The notes under the pieces: generated by a model
Databases searched by the model: none
The model's input: the letters and a program-made list of their open reading frames with translations, nothing else
Told to the model about the DNA's origin: nothing
Part shown: piece after piece, positions 25,487 through 38,199 of the stretch
How positions within the stretch are numbered: the stretch's first letter is position 1
Layout: each line of letters begins with the position of its first letter
Translations under genes and position numbers: made by a program
Source of the DNA: Priapulus caudatus
Lineage: Eukaryota
DNA length: 39,303 bases
Direction: 5' to 3'
Assembly (NCBI RefSeq): GCF_000485595.1
Contig: NW_014577087.1
Coordinates: 1,119,057 to 1,158,359, forward strand

Positions 25487-27661
25487 AGCAGCAGTATCAG
25501 CAGCAGCAGCATCAGCACCACCACACACCACCACACGCGTATCATCAGCAGCCATCGCAGCACTCCATTACGCATATGGTAATCGAGGTTAATTTCACGC
25601 ATATATATTATTGTAAGACAGTACTTTGAACCTCGGCAGTTATACCCTGGGAGTGCTGGAGGCAAGACGGCGGAGAGATTTCACAAGCCATAGCGCGCAC
25701 GCGTGCATGATTACGCGATGCGCGTTGCTGCACGTGGCGTGTACTCACACGAACGCGTGAGTGCACAGCACGTGCGCGTGTGCCGCGCGCATGTACTAGC
25801 TCACACGAACAGCGTCGCGATGAACAACGCGGTGCTGCGCGTATACCGCGCGCGTGCACCACAGCGAACGCGGCATAACACAGCGGTGCTCGCGCGACAC
25901 GCGCGCCTGTACTCACACGAACGCGATGCATGCACAGGCTGCGGTGCCGGCGTGTGCCGCGCGCGTTCACTTTACACGATCGGTGCATACAAGTGCTGAC
26001 AAGTTGTGAGCACTCGCCGGCTTTGTCACAAACACCGTGTCATTTTCTCCGCGCGTACTTAACAACAACAAGCACCAGTCCGCGTTGCGGGTGGTGTGAG
26101 GCGAGTTCTTTCTGTTAAATAATGTAATATTTCGAATGCATCGCTGTCGGTCTAATAGCGGTTCTGTATCTGCTGCGCTGCATGCAAAGCGCCTCGCTGT
26201 CACAATCGTTTGGCTGTCCTCCCTCTCCTCATGCCATCCATCGCTGTGGGATTTCAGGGCCCGTGCTCGCCAGGGATGCGCCGGTGCGCGCGCTTCGAAC
26301 TCGATCAAGCTATAGACGGGCGCGTGTTTCTAGCGACAAAACCAAAGCCGCCGCGACGGAGTTAGCGGAGAGAGAAGTAACCGCGCGCACGTCTATAGTT
26401 ACACGTCCTACGGGGGCTGGTGGGGGGTATTGGTGGCAGGGTACGTTACCACCTTACGTCCACCCCGAGGGAATATTGCATCTTACTTGACGCTCGTCGT
26501 CTGTTTGTTGCGCGTGTGTCACATAGATCCACGGGCAATAACTGTGGTTGCCAAACACGGGCTTATTGGCAGTTGGATCAGCGCTGGCTGCGGCCACCGC
26601 GGAAATTACGGCTGGCTGCTCGCTGCTGCGCGGCGCTGCTGCTGCTTGCTACTACTGCTGCTGCACGCTGCTGCTGCTGCCTGTTGCGCTGCTGCTGCCT
26701 ACTACTACTGCCTGCTACTGCTACTGCTGCCTGCTTGATTGCTATTGCACTGCTGCTGCTGATGCTGATGCTCTGCTGCTGCTGCTACCTGCTTGCTGCT
26801 GCTACTCTGCCATGCTGCCGTGCTGGCTGCTGCTACTGCTGCTACGTGCGCTGCGGCATGAGCCCGACCAGGCTGTGCGACGGATTGTCATATGCCGGCT
26901 AGGTTTTAACCCTAAGCAATACCGTTTCATTGGCATGGCTACTGCTGCGGCTGCACTCCTGCTGTGCTGCTGCGACCTGCCTACTGCGCTGCTACTGCAT
27001 GCTGCTGCTGCTGCTAGCTACTGTCTGCTCTGCTGCGTGCTACTACTGCTGCTGCTGCTGCTGGCTCTCGCTTGCATGCTGCCTTATGCTGGCTATGCTC
27101 GCGCTGCTGCGTCTGCTACTGCTGCTGCTCTGCTACGCTACTGCTGCTGCTACTACTACTACTGCCACTGCTGCTGTTTTTTTTTCTGCTGCTCGCTGCT
27201 GCTGCTGGCGCTGCTGCTGCTACTGCTGTACTACTACTACTACTGCTGCTGCTGCTACTACATACTCACTACTACTACTACTACTACTACATACTACTAC
27301 TACTGCTGCTGCGCTGCTGCTGCTACTACTACTACTACTACTGCTGCTGGTACTGCTGCTGCTGCTGCTACTACGTACTGCGTTCTGGCTGCTAGGCACT
27401 GCTGCGACTGCTATAACTACTACTGCTCTCCGCTAGCTCAGGTCTGAGCGGCGATGGCCTATGTGTGGGCCGCACGCATGCAGCACTCAGCACCACGGCC
27501 AGCTGCGCCAGCGCCCGATATTGCTCGTGCATAATAAGTGCGTCGGCAAATAGCGGCCTACGATCGCCGGCAAAATCTTCTAATTAAAATTTAAAATTCA
27601 ATATTTAACAGTTACCGGCGAAGAGGCCGTAATTTCGTGAGGCGCGCGAGTAGTGACGACA
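24845..27661 (+). repeat. Blocks C+A, copy 2 (~2.8 kb); includes (CAG)n ~25424-25515 and degenerate (CTG/CTA)n ~26610-27430
   Basis: gtatatataacaggtcgttcttataaaccgaacagacattactttacatacacatataactatatacc occurs at 24845 and 38200. The 3' part matches 19249-20502. Confidence 0.93.
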
Positions 27662-28235
27662 GCGGGAGCAGGAGGAGGAGGAGGAGGAGGAGGAGGAGAG
27701 GAGGAGGAGGAGGGAGGGAGCGGCTAGAGGATGAGGCAAAGGAGGGCGGAGAAAGAGAAGGAGAGACAGAGCAGGAGGCAAAGGAGAGGCGGAGAAGGAG
27801 GAGGGAGCGGCAGAGGATGAGGCAAAGGAGGGGCGGAGAAAGAGAAGGGAGAGACAGAGGAGGAGGCAAAGGAGGGGCGGAGAAGGAGGAGGGAGAGGCA
27901 GGGGCAGAGGAGGAGGCAAAGGAGGGGCGGAGAAGGAGGAGGGGAGAGCAGAAGAGGAGGCAAAGGGAGGGGTGAGAAGGAGGAGGGAGAGGCAGCGCAA
28001 GGAGAGGCAAAGGAGGCGGACGAAGAGAGGAGGAGAGGCAAAGAGGGAAAGGAGAGGCGGAGAAGGAGGAGGGAGAGGCAGAGGAGGAGGCAAAGGAGGG
28101 CGATGAAGGAAGGGGAGGAGTGGGGCGAAACGAACGAGAAAAAGAGGGAAACGGGAAGGTGGGGAGGAGGAGGAGGAGGAGGAGGAGGAGACAGGAGGGA
28201 GCGAGGAAAAGGAAAGACGAGGAGTAGAAGAAAGT
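27662..28235. repeat. Purine-only (GGA)-based degenerate minisatellite
   Basis: Recurring gaggcaaaggaggggcggagaaggaggagggagaggca. Confidence 0.88.
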
Positions 28236-28317
28236 CGAGAGCAATATATGTGTATGCTTTCGCAACGGTTCTGCGACGTGCCTTTCGCGTGAATCAGCCA
28301 GAAGTGAGATTCAATTG

Positions 28318-28318
<1 letters not shown>

Positions 28319-28386
<68 letters not shown>

Positions 28387-28456
28387 ACGCACACGCACAC
28401 GCACACGCACACGCACACGCACACGCACACGCACACGCACACGCACACGCACACGC

Positions 28457-28490
<34 letters not shown>
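28319..28490. repeat. (CA)n-(CACACG)n-(CA)n compound microsatellite
   Basis: Seen directly. Confidence 0.95.
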
Positions 28491-28492
<2 letters not shown>

Positions 28493-28877
28493 GGGACTCT
28501 CAAGCGCGAAAGAGAAAACGCAATTGCGTGTGCAAATTCATCGCTGAATAATTTACGATAAGAAAACGTCAGGCGATCGCGCACTTCTAGCCTCGCTGAG
28601 CGCGGCGATGACACACGCGTCTCTTTGCGTGCAGCACGAATCAGAGCAGAGGTGAGGAATTCACGGGACAACCGTTATCACGGCATGATCACGCGCGATC
28701 TCGCGAGATCGACCCGACAGAACGTTGCGTCGTCGTGACGTTACGTTGAAAGAATTCCGACTGCGAGAGGCAGAGTGAGCACGCTAAAGAGGGAGGGCGA
28801 GAGAGAGAGAGAGCGAGAGATGGAGAGAGGAGAGGAAGAGGTTGTGATGGAGAGAGGAGAGGCGAGAAAGAAAGAAG

Positions 28878-28935
<58 letters not shown>

Positions 28936-29206
28936 TTGAGAGCGGACAATATCGGGAGAATGATAGTTATCAGGAGTATATATATAATCACAATTGTATA
29001 ACAGAAAGGGAGGGGATGGGGGAAGTCACCGCAAAACCACCACCTAACTAGATGGAAGCTAACACTCAGTAGCACGACCGCACTCGAACCATGGCGATCG
29101 GAGCGAGAGTGAGTGAGCGAGCGCGCGAGCGAAGGCAACCCGATAGTACAGGCGCGCACACGTCACACGATACCTGCAATCAACACGAATTCCATTACGT
29201 AGCTAC

Positions 29207-29250
29207 GGAACACAATAGTTTGGAACACAATAGTTTGGAACACAATAGTT
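29207..29250. repeat. 15-bp unit x3 (ggaacacaatagttt)
   Basis: Seen directly. Confidence 0.9.
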
Positions 29251-29631
29251 CGCCTCGGGCTCGCCTGCGCACCATGAAGAAACGCGAAGGCTGTGCAAAT
29301 ATCTTACGCGCGCGGGTATGTGCGGAGAAGTGGGGAAAAACTTCTAATCTATATGATGGCCAACGCCGACCGCGGAGTATTAGCTACGACCCGAGGAAAT
29401 ATATAGTTCGCAAATCGCGCGGCCTGTCTCTAAGCGCTAGCTAATATCGTATCGCTGAAGCATCTCTTATCGCTGGTACACAATACTCGGCTCTGTGTAG
29501 CGGCTTTGCAGAGCGCGCGCGCCCATGATTCCGAAAGCAATATGACGGCGAGCCACCGAGAGAATGAGACATTTACGCTCGCAAAACATGGGTCTTACGC
29601 GCCAAAGACACGAGCGTAGGGGGGATGGCAT

Positions 29632-31305
29632 ACGATATAGCCAGGCGGCGACCACGCGCGCGGGAAGGCATGGCAGACGATATAGCCAGGCGGCGACCAC
29701 GCGCGCGGGAAGGCATGGCCAAAGAACGCATATAGCCAGTGGCTGCGCGCTGCGGGAAGGCACGGCGACGATAATAGCCAGGCGGCGACCACGCGCGAAG
29801 GCACACCAGACGATATAGCCAGGCGGCGAACGCACGCGCGCGGAAGCACGGCAGTCGATATAGCCAGGCGGCGCGCACGCGCCGCGGGAAGACACGGCAG
29901 ACGATATAGCCAGGCGGCAGCAGCGCGCGGGAAGGCCACGGCAGACGAGTATAGCCAGCGCGGCCGCGTTGAGGAAGGCCGCCGGAGATAGGATATAGCC
30001 AGCGCGGCAGCCACGCGCGCGGAAAGGCACGATCAGACGATATAGGCCAGGCGGCGACCACGCACGTTGCGGAAGGGCACGCAGACGATATAGCCAGGCG
30101 GGCGCACGCGTGGGCGGAAAGGCAACGGTAGACGGATATAGCGAGGCGGCGACCACGCGCGCGGGAAGGCACGCATACGAATATAGAGCCAGTGCGCGAC
30201 CACGCGCGCGGGAAAGGCCCACGGTTAGCGATATAGGCCAGGCGGCGACCAACGCGCGCGGGGAAGGCAGCGCAGTACGAATATAGCCAGCGGCGCGTGC
30301 GGGAAGGCCACGGCCAGACGAGTCATAGCAAAGGCGGCAAGCCACGCGCGGCGAAAGGCACGACAGACGATATAGCCAGGCGGCGGCCACGCTCGCGCTG
30401 CGAAAAGGCAGCGGAGGACGATTATAGCCAGGCGGCGGCCACGCGGCGGGAGGGCAAGACTAGACGAATAGTCAGGGGCGACGCACCGCGCGCGGGAAGG
30501 CACGGCAGACGATATTAAGCCAGGCTGCGGCGGCGCGTGCCGGGAAAGGCACGGCCAGACGATTATAGCCCAGGCCGTGGCCACCGTGCGCGGGAAGGCA
30601 GGCGGTAGACAATATAGCCAGCGGCGAGCACGCGCGCAGGAAGGGCACGACAGACGATATAGCCAACGGCGCGTGGCGGAAGGCACGGCAGACGATATGC
30701 GAAGCGGCGCGTGCGGGCAAGGCACGGCAGACGAGTATAGCCAGGCGGCGACCACGCGCGGGAAGGCCAATACAGACGATATTAGCCAGGCGGCGACCAC
30801 GCGCCGCGGGAAGGCAAGACAGACGATATCAGCCAGGCGGCGACCGACAGCGCGCGCGAAGGCACGACAGACGATATAGCCAGGCGGCGACCACGCGCGG
30901 AAGGGGCACGACAGACCATTATAGCCAGGCGCGACGCACAGCCGCGAAAAGGCACGGTAGAAGATATAGCCAGGCGGCGACCACGCGTGCGAGGAGGCAC
31001 GGCCAGACGATATAGCCAAGGCCCCCGCGACACGCGCGCGGGAAGCACGGTAGAACGATATAGCCAGGCGGCGACCAACCGCGGGAAGGCACGCGTAGAC
31101 GCATATAGCAGGCGCGCGGCGACCGCCGGGAATGGCACGTAGGACGATATAGCCAGGCGCGACCACGCGCGCGGAAAGGCACGACAGACGATATAGCCAG
31201 ACCGGCGGCGGCCCTAAGCGCGCGGACAGGCACGGCAGACGATAGAGCCCAGGCGGCGCGTGCGCGGAAGGCAATACAGACGACGTATAGCCAGGGCGGC
31301 GGCCC
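29632..31305. repeat. 45-bp GC/CpG-rich tandem minisatellite, roughly 35 copies
   Basis: Consensus is acgatatagccaggcggcgaccacgcgcgcgggaaggcacggcag. The first two units start at 29632 and 29677, and units abut with no spacers. Confidence 0.96.
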
Positions 31306-31664
31306 ACGCTTAACGCTTTGCATTGAAATTCAAGAGCAGCAAGGCGAGCAATATCGGCGGTAAGAGATTTTATGATGTCGAAGGGGCCAAATGCGATCCG
31401 TACCCTGCTCTGCGTCTCGCTTTCTCGGCCGTCGTGGCGTGCGTGAGATGAGAGCTGACGGGTAGAGGGTAGGACGTAAAACGAAGCACCGGGTTTAGCG
31501 TGGATATGCGATGGGTATCTACTACTGCGCACATCTGCGGGTTAACTAACGGGTATACGTTCAAGATTCTGGGTGCCCGGATTAAGCTTATCGATATAAG
31601 AAATATTAAATATAAAGCTGTAGTAAGAACACAAGCTTTACGCTCTACCCTCCTACATTCACGC

Positions 31665-31700
<36 letters not shown>

Positions 31701-32085
31701 CCTTACTGCACAACCCACAACCACGCCCCTTTAACCCACACAGTGGTTCGCTTCAATTCACAGTGGTGCCATTTCTGTGCCCAGTCCGTCTCTGTATCCC
31801 AGTAGATTCACTGTGTCTCAGTAGAGTTCTCATCCATGCCAGCATTGCAGCAGATGCTACGATGGTCCATGTTCTACACATCCGCACGGCAGCGTTCTAA
31901 CCTCCACTGACTAACCCGAACCTATGCCGTCCCTTACATAAGGCCTATCCCATGTGACGATAGCATAACAGGGTATGGATGCCCTAGCCTGCACGATTCC
32001 TTCTTGCTGCTGCCACACAGGGTATAAAGGACAGGCGGACAGAGTTAGCGTGGCATTGCCAAGACGATTCCTTCTTGCTCCTGAT

Positions 32086-32158
32086 CACACACACGCACAC
32101 ACACACGCACACACGCCGACACAACACACAACGACGCACACGCAGCACACGCACACGC

Positions 32159-32192
<34 letters not shown>

Positions 32193-32588
32193 CACAGCAG
32201 CACAAGCAACACACACACGACAGCACGACACACACACACACACACACACAGATGACGCAGGAAGGCGGCCATGGGAGCCGTGCTGTTTGCAGATAAAGAC
32301 AGACACGGAAAAGTGGTCGATGCTTCTTTGTGAGCAGTCAACTCCTGGTGTCTCTCGGTCGCGGTGCGCTGTGCGCGACGCCGCTGCAATTTATAATGTT
32401 GCCATAAACGAGGCGCAAATATTGTCCTTAGCATAGTCGAATCGATAGCATGAGTTGCAAGTCAAACAGTTGGGATAAAATATTGAGACCTTTAAACAAT
32501 GTCTCAAACCTACGCTTAGCGTCCACAATACATCTTGTCGTTGACTTAACGCTTAAAGTATTACGGTATACGTATTACTATATATACT

Positions 32589-32633
<45 letters not shown>

Positions 32634-33286
32634 TTATATATATATTAATATGTGTCGTGTTAGGACGGGGGTATGTGCGTGTGCGCGGTTGTGAGTGCGT
32701 TGCGAGTGCGCGCGTAAGTCGTGCATGTGCGTGGAACATGTGGTGACGTGCGGCGCGCTGAGGTGTACGCTGCGTGTTCGCGCGCGTGCGCTCGCATATA
32801 AGTGTACGTGCGTGGTGTGGTCGTGTGTGCGTACGCGGGGCGTGTGTAATATGGTTTGTATGTGTGCGTGGGCGGACAATGAGAGAGATCAAGCTAATTT
32901 GCCGCCCACGCGTCACCGTAGCTATAGCGATGACTCCGCATCACGCTCGGCTCCCCGTGACTACGAACCAGACTACACGCCCGAAGCCGGCATGTTTCAA
33001 GCGAGCAGCCTGATCTCATCTGTGAAGAGTCACCCCTTGTCCCCGTTTTGACGTATTAGTGATTACTGCCGTCGCCCTGCGGTGCCTGCCGTGTGCTACG
33101 GGCCCGGTCGATGCCAAGGCCACGGTCGGCCTAGCGATGTGACGAACACGCACACGCACGCACGCCACGCAGGACGCTCTGGCACCACACGCGCGGCGCG
33201 CGCTGCACACACACACACACGACACACACACGCACGCGCGCGCCACACACACACACACACACACACACACGACAACAACACACACA

Positions 33287-33317
<31 letters not shown>

Positions 33318-33781
33318 CGAGCACACACACACACACGACACAAATATATATAGTTATATAATATATAATAATATATAGATATGGCTTTCGTATCGCGTGA
33401 GATTTCACTGTGACTGTAGTGCAATAATGAAGTTTATCTACTGTTTGATGAGTTCATGATTGACGATTAGGTTAGGCGTAGGAAGACGTAACTCTAGATT
33501 CGCATTGAAAATATAACATTGTAATTGCAAACCGTTGGCAACATATTTCGTCAGCAATTACATATAATTTGATATCTGGTGGTATAATGTGGTATATATG
33601 TATGCTGACTGCTTTCCGTGGGCATACATAGAATATGTTGGTACAAACACGTAGCGGTTTCGCTGCGATCAGTAAAGTATGTGTGCAGTTAAGTACGAGA
33701 AAGCATGACAGTTCAATACCTTTGTAGTAGCTTTGCCGACATCTTACAATATTGATGTCTTTTACGTGACGATATGAGAAT

Positions 33782-33819
<38 letters not shown>

Positions 33820-34539
33820 CATATATATATGCATGATGAAAGAAATGCGACGTTGTACACAAAGATACAGTCGAATTACGTTTACATTCCATAATTGGCA
33901 CAAAAAAAATTCACGTACAAAGATTAAGCGATCGACGCTGCCTTCTGTGACACGCTGGCAGCCTTTTATAAGAGTGACAAAAGCATATCGAATTTACACC
34001 CTTATATTTAATCCACGGTACAGATATAGAAGAGGTATGTGTCGAAGCATACGGAAGCGATGATCAAACTTGTTCGGTTACCGAACGAGCTTATAAATTC
34101 TTTACACTGGAGACAGAGAAGACTGACAACATGAAGGTTCATGGCACGCATAGACTATTCTATACGCGTACCATAATTTGTCCGGCACAGCGTAATTTAC
34201 TATTACACACTTCGCACACGACAGCAATTCGACGAACAAATGCGTTTGTATTCATCATAAGCTTGGCTCGCTAACTGTTCGTTTTTAGTTATGCTTTGTC
34301 CCGTGAGGGTTTTTGTCTCCCATCTGCTCATACGCATGAGGTTTTTGTTGCCCTCTGCCATTACGCATTACTCTCACGCTCTCTCTCACACACACACTTC
34401 GGTCTCTCTTTCTCTCCCTCTCTCGCGCTCCCTCTTCTCTCTCTCTCTCCTATCTCTCTCCTAACTCGCTCCGCCTCGCTACGCGCGGCTCCTTTTCCCC
34501 CAATTTGCCTCTACTGCCGCCCCCTCTCTCTCTCTCTCG

Positions 34540-34578
<39 letters not shown>

Positions 34579-36692
34579 GCCTCTCCCCTTGCTATTTGCT
34601 TCTCGCTCTCGCCTTCCCTCTTCGCTCCGCTTCTTATCGCTTCTCGCTCTCTGTTGTGTTCTCGCTGTCTTTGGCCCCTCGTGCGCGCTCGCCCTCGTTT
34701 TCGTCTGCATATCAATACACATAAATCTCGCAATGATTGCACTGCGAGTTGTAAACACACTGACCGGGTGTGCATCGGCTAATATGTGTGACCTATACAA
34801 CTAATCAAAAGTTCTCGTTAGGACGCTACGTCGCTATCCGACATACGATCATCACTCACGGCGCATCCGCAGATTCAAACGTATACGAGCGGATATTCAC
34901 TATTAATTCAGTCGAACCTCGGTACCACCTGACTATGTGCATATTCGACATTACAGTATAAGAATGCGATTGGGTTGGTGAACATCACGTGGCGTACGGG
35001 TGAGAAAACAGGTCGGACGTGCGGGGCGGATAATTTCGAGACCCTGATGTTTCTAACGAACGCAATATGTGATTTCTGGCAAATCTAGGAGACATACGCG
35101 TTAATGAGCGGATTTGACATATAACAGAACCCACCCTATGTCAATACGCGCATATATAGGAGGTGTTGATCACTATTTGACGCGCTAATACGCTCCGTGC
35201 ATATAGTGACGTACGGTACCATAGCAGTAAGTTATTGCCACCTATCATAGGTAGTGCTTCGAACAGCGCATACACCTGAACAAAACGCATATTATTGTGT
35301 GTGCAACATGGCCGCTTGATAAAACAGGATTACACCTAAAACATGAAAGGAACGGCGGAGAGATCCTGGCATGTCTATCCATATGCTTTAAACAGGAGAG
35401 GCTAAACCGGTTGCCAACGAAGTACAACCTACAGTCTAACAGACATCTTGCGTGATTATCAAAGACAACTTTGCGCGAGAATTACCTATAATTAGTCCTA
35501 GAAATCTCTACGGTCACACTGCACGTGAGAATCTCAGGATCATTTTCTGTTTATGGACTGTCATTTCTGTTTTTTGATTGTAATACGCATTCGCTTCGAA
35601 TCACCCGTCGAGATCACTTATCCATCCGTGACTAAAAACAGATCTAAAACTGTAAAATCTATCGGCAAATGTTTTACTACAGGTATTAATATATATATAT
35701 ATATATAGACGCGCGTATACATTGTGTGTAGCTATCAGAACATTTTTCTAGAGCGACACATTTGCGAATTAGATAACACATCATAACATATTTCGGTTTA
35801 TCTTTGCGTTTCCTACCGGGATCATTGGTGGAAGCGTCGATCGTCTCTGCTGTCTACCACCCTACGACTGCCTGTTCTGTCATAGCAACACATTACAGTT
35901 TTTTTGTTTTCAAGTCTATTCCCGCGGGTACCAGCCATGGCAGACAGCGAGCTGTCACCAATCGTGTATTATTGCATGCGTTAGGCTATTTGTAGCGGAG
36001 CGGATGTTTAGCAGGGTTGGCAATTCACCTTATCGATACCACGTACTCAGGGGAAGGGCGCCCCAGGTGCCCGCGTTTATTGAGTGGAGAGTGGCGAGCA
36101 CGGGCTTCGGCTATGATAAGGCCTAGAGGATAGCAGGATTGCTGGATAGTCACGTGGGGTTAGCCCTATCGCATTTTTTAATTGCGCTTCGGTGTACTTG
36201 TATCGCATGTTCAAGACTGCAGATACCACAGGTTCTCTCTGCCTGACTCGTACATACACATACAATACGGTCAGCCTATACGGAATAACTACTTATTTAT
36301 AATTATTGCGCTTCGCCAGAGGAAAAGGCGACGGTATTGCTGGGGTATTTCGTTACAACGCGGATGTGTGTGTCGTCGCGCGCGTAAAGGGCGCCCGCCC
36401 CGCCTCCCCGGCCGCGCCCCCCCCCCCCCCGCCCTAGTACAGTCGGATGAGGGCATGAGCGCGTTGTCGCGGGCGTTGACAGCTGAGGTATCTACAAAGA
36501 TGATGTTGATCAAATCATTACTTTCGTGTGACATAGCATCCAAATTACATCGTCGATAACCCCGCTGTTGATTGATAGCCACGCCGCGATTCAAACACTG
36601 CACATCATGTATAGTCCAGTTAATGTTCGAGTAGTTGTTCATAAACACAGCGGGGAGGGAATAAGGCGTCGGGCCGTCGGGTTTATTATGTA
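32086..36692 (-). repeat. Block B inverted copy (partner 20500-24850)
   Basis: Colinear reverse-complement match, indel-rich. Confidence 0.96.
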
Positions 36693-36845
36693 CTCAGCTA
36701 TGTTCACTTTCTTATGCGGGGTTGTTACTCCGCGCGATGGTATGTTCTATTATTATTATTATTATTATTTTGTGGAAGCATGCCGGATAACTCAATCTCT
36801 GCGCACTGTAACTGCATATACACACCACTGTATATGCCAGGCGTG

Positions 36846-36879
36846 ACACCACACACACCCCCCCCAACACACACACACA

Positions 36880-36913
<34 letters not shown>

Positions 36914-37082
36914 ACACACACACAACACACACAACACACACACACACACACGCACACACACCCACACACAACACACACATACGCACGCACGCACGCCACG
37001 CACACACGCCGCACGCAGCACACGCACGCATACGAAAGCACGCAACGCACGAACCACGCCCACGCACGCCACGCCCCCCACA

Positions 37083-37160
<78 letters not shown>

Positions 37161-37220
37161 CCACGCGCACACGACACACACACACACACCACACACACAC
37201 ACACACACACGCGCGCGCGC
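36846..37220. repeat. Degenerate (CA)n tract; (TA)-rich tract follows at ~37445-37590
   Basis: Seen directly. Confidence 0.92.
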
Positions 37221-37602
37221 ACTGCCGGCCGCGCGCGAGACAGCTAACGAGAGTTCACGCGAGCGATCCGGTGTGCATTCGCAACGCCCTCTACTGATGA
37301 GACGAGTAAATGTCACAATATTCCGCCAAACTATCCACTCTCTTAATTCTAAGGAATTTATTGCACAGATACAACCGGAAAGCTGTGACCCAGCTTTGGC
37401 ATCCGGTTTGAAAGACCAACGCAGATGGTGTATAATTCATACTAACTTATATATATATGTATATACATATAACCAAATCAACCATATATATATATATATA
37501 CATAATATTATTACATAATAACTATATATGAGTATATAATATATATATTATATATATATACTATATATATATTATATATATATAATATATCAGGAAGAAA
37601 CT

Positions 37603-38174
37603 GTAGTCATTATGACGGGAACGCGTCAAGTATACTATTATATTACTTATTATTATTATTATATATTATTATTATAATTATTACTACAGCCGAATACACG
37701 ATATACAGCTAGTAATACTATAGCGAACATGCAGAGCGACCGGCAGTAGTAGATTGCCTATTGTTCCGCGAGCCAGACGAGAATAGATGATGAAAGCTGT
37801 CGAACATATCACCGTCAAGCCATCCGAACGGCAGTAGTGATCGTCCCATTTCTAAGGGCCCAGCCATAATGCGGACAGGGTAGCCGAACCGCGGCAGAAA
37901 GGAAACACACAGCGCAACGAACTAGCAACACGCACCACTCGAGCAGAGCAGTCGCTTGCCGATAAAGCTCCAACACGAATAGAAGAGAAGCCACGACGCA
38001 TACAGCGGCATGATGAGCAGAGAAAAAAAGACAGTACAGACAACATACAGGACAAAAAACACGGCAGAACAAGCAACAAGAAAAAGCGAACCAGATGGAC
38101 GACCACAACGGTAGAAGACGACGAGTAGGATGCGCCAGAGAGACTTGCCCGAACTCTTATAGGCGCCGCGTCGC
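37603..38174 (-). pseudogene. VGAT: Degraded reverse-strand copy of the 3' part of the VGAT exon plus start of its 3' flank (pseudogene fragment or raw-read duplicate)
   Basis: 38112-38174 (gaagacgacgagtaggatgcgccagagagacttgccc...ttataggcgccgcgtcgc) is the reverse complement of ~16984-17042. 37680-37860 (ctagtaatact...gtagtagattgcctattgttccgc...gatgatgaaagctgtcgaacat...accgtcaagccatccga) is the reverse complement of ~17155-17315, with the stop complement at 37709-37711. The (TTA)n and tagtcattat match 17311-17373. It has many indels and is truncated by the 25-N gap. Confidence 0.85.
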
Positions 38175-38199
38175 NNNNNNNNNNNNNNNNNNNNNNNNN
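38175..38199. other. Assembly gap (25 N)
   Basis: Run of N. Confidence 1.

Noticed and set aside
19249..27661. LTR retrotransposon with block A as LTRs
   Set aside because: There are no gag/pol remnants, PBS, TG...CA ends or TSD, and the internal blocks recur independently elsewhere.
29539..29561. Resemblance to the Illumina P5 adapter start (aatatgacggcgagccaccgaga)
   Set aside because: The match is short and imperfect and lacks the rest of the adapter. The adjacent array unit shares ggcgaccac, so chance or a degenerate unit is sufficient.
29632..31305. CRISPR-like array
   Set aside because: Units abut directly with no unique spacers, there are no cas genes, and the context is eukaryotic. 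The same applies to the 38-, 51-, 55- and 59-bp arrays.
30225..31532. 435-aa repetitive minus-strand ORF and neighbours
   Set aside because: Translation of the 45-bp GC-rich array. The frame drifts between units, so there is no conserved peptide repeat.
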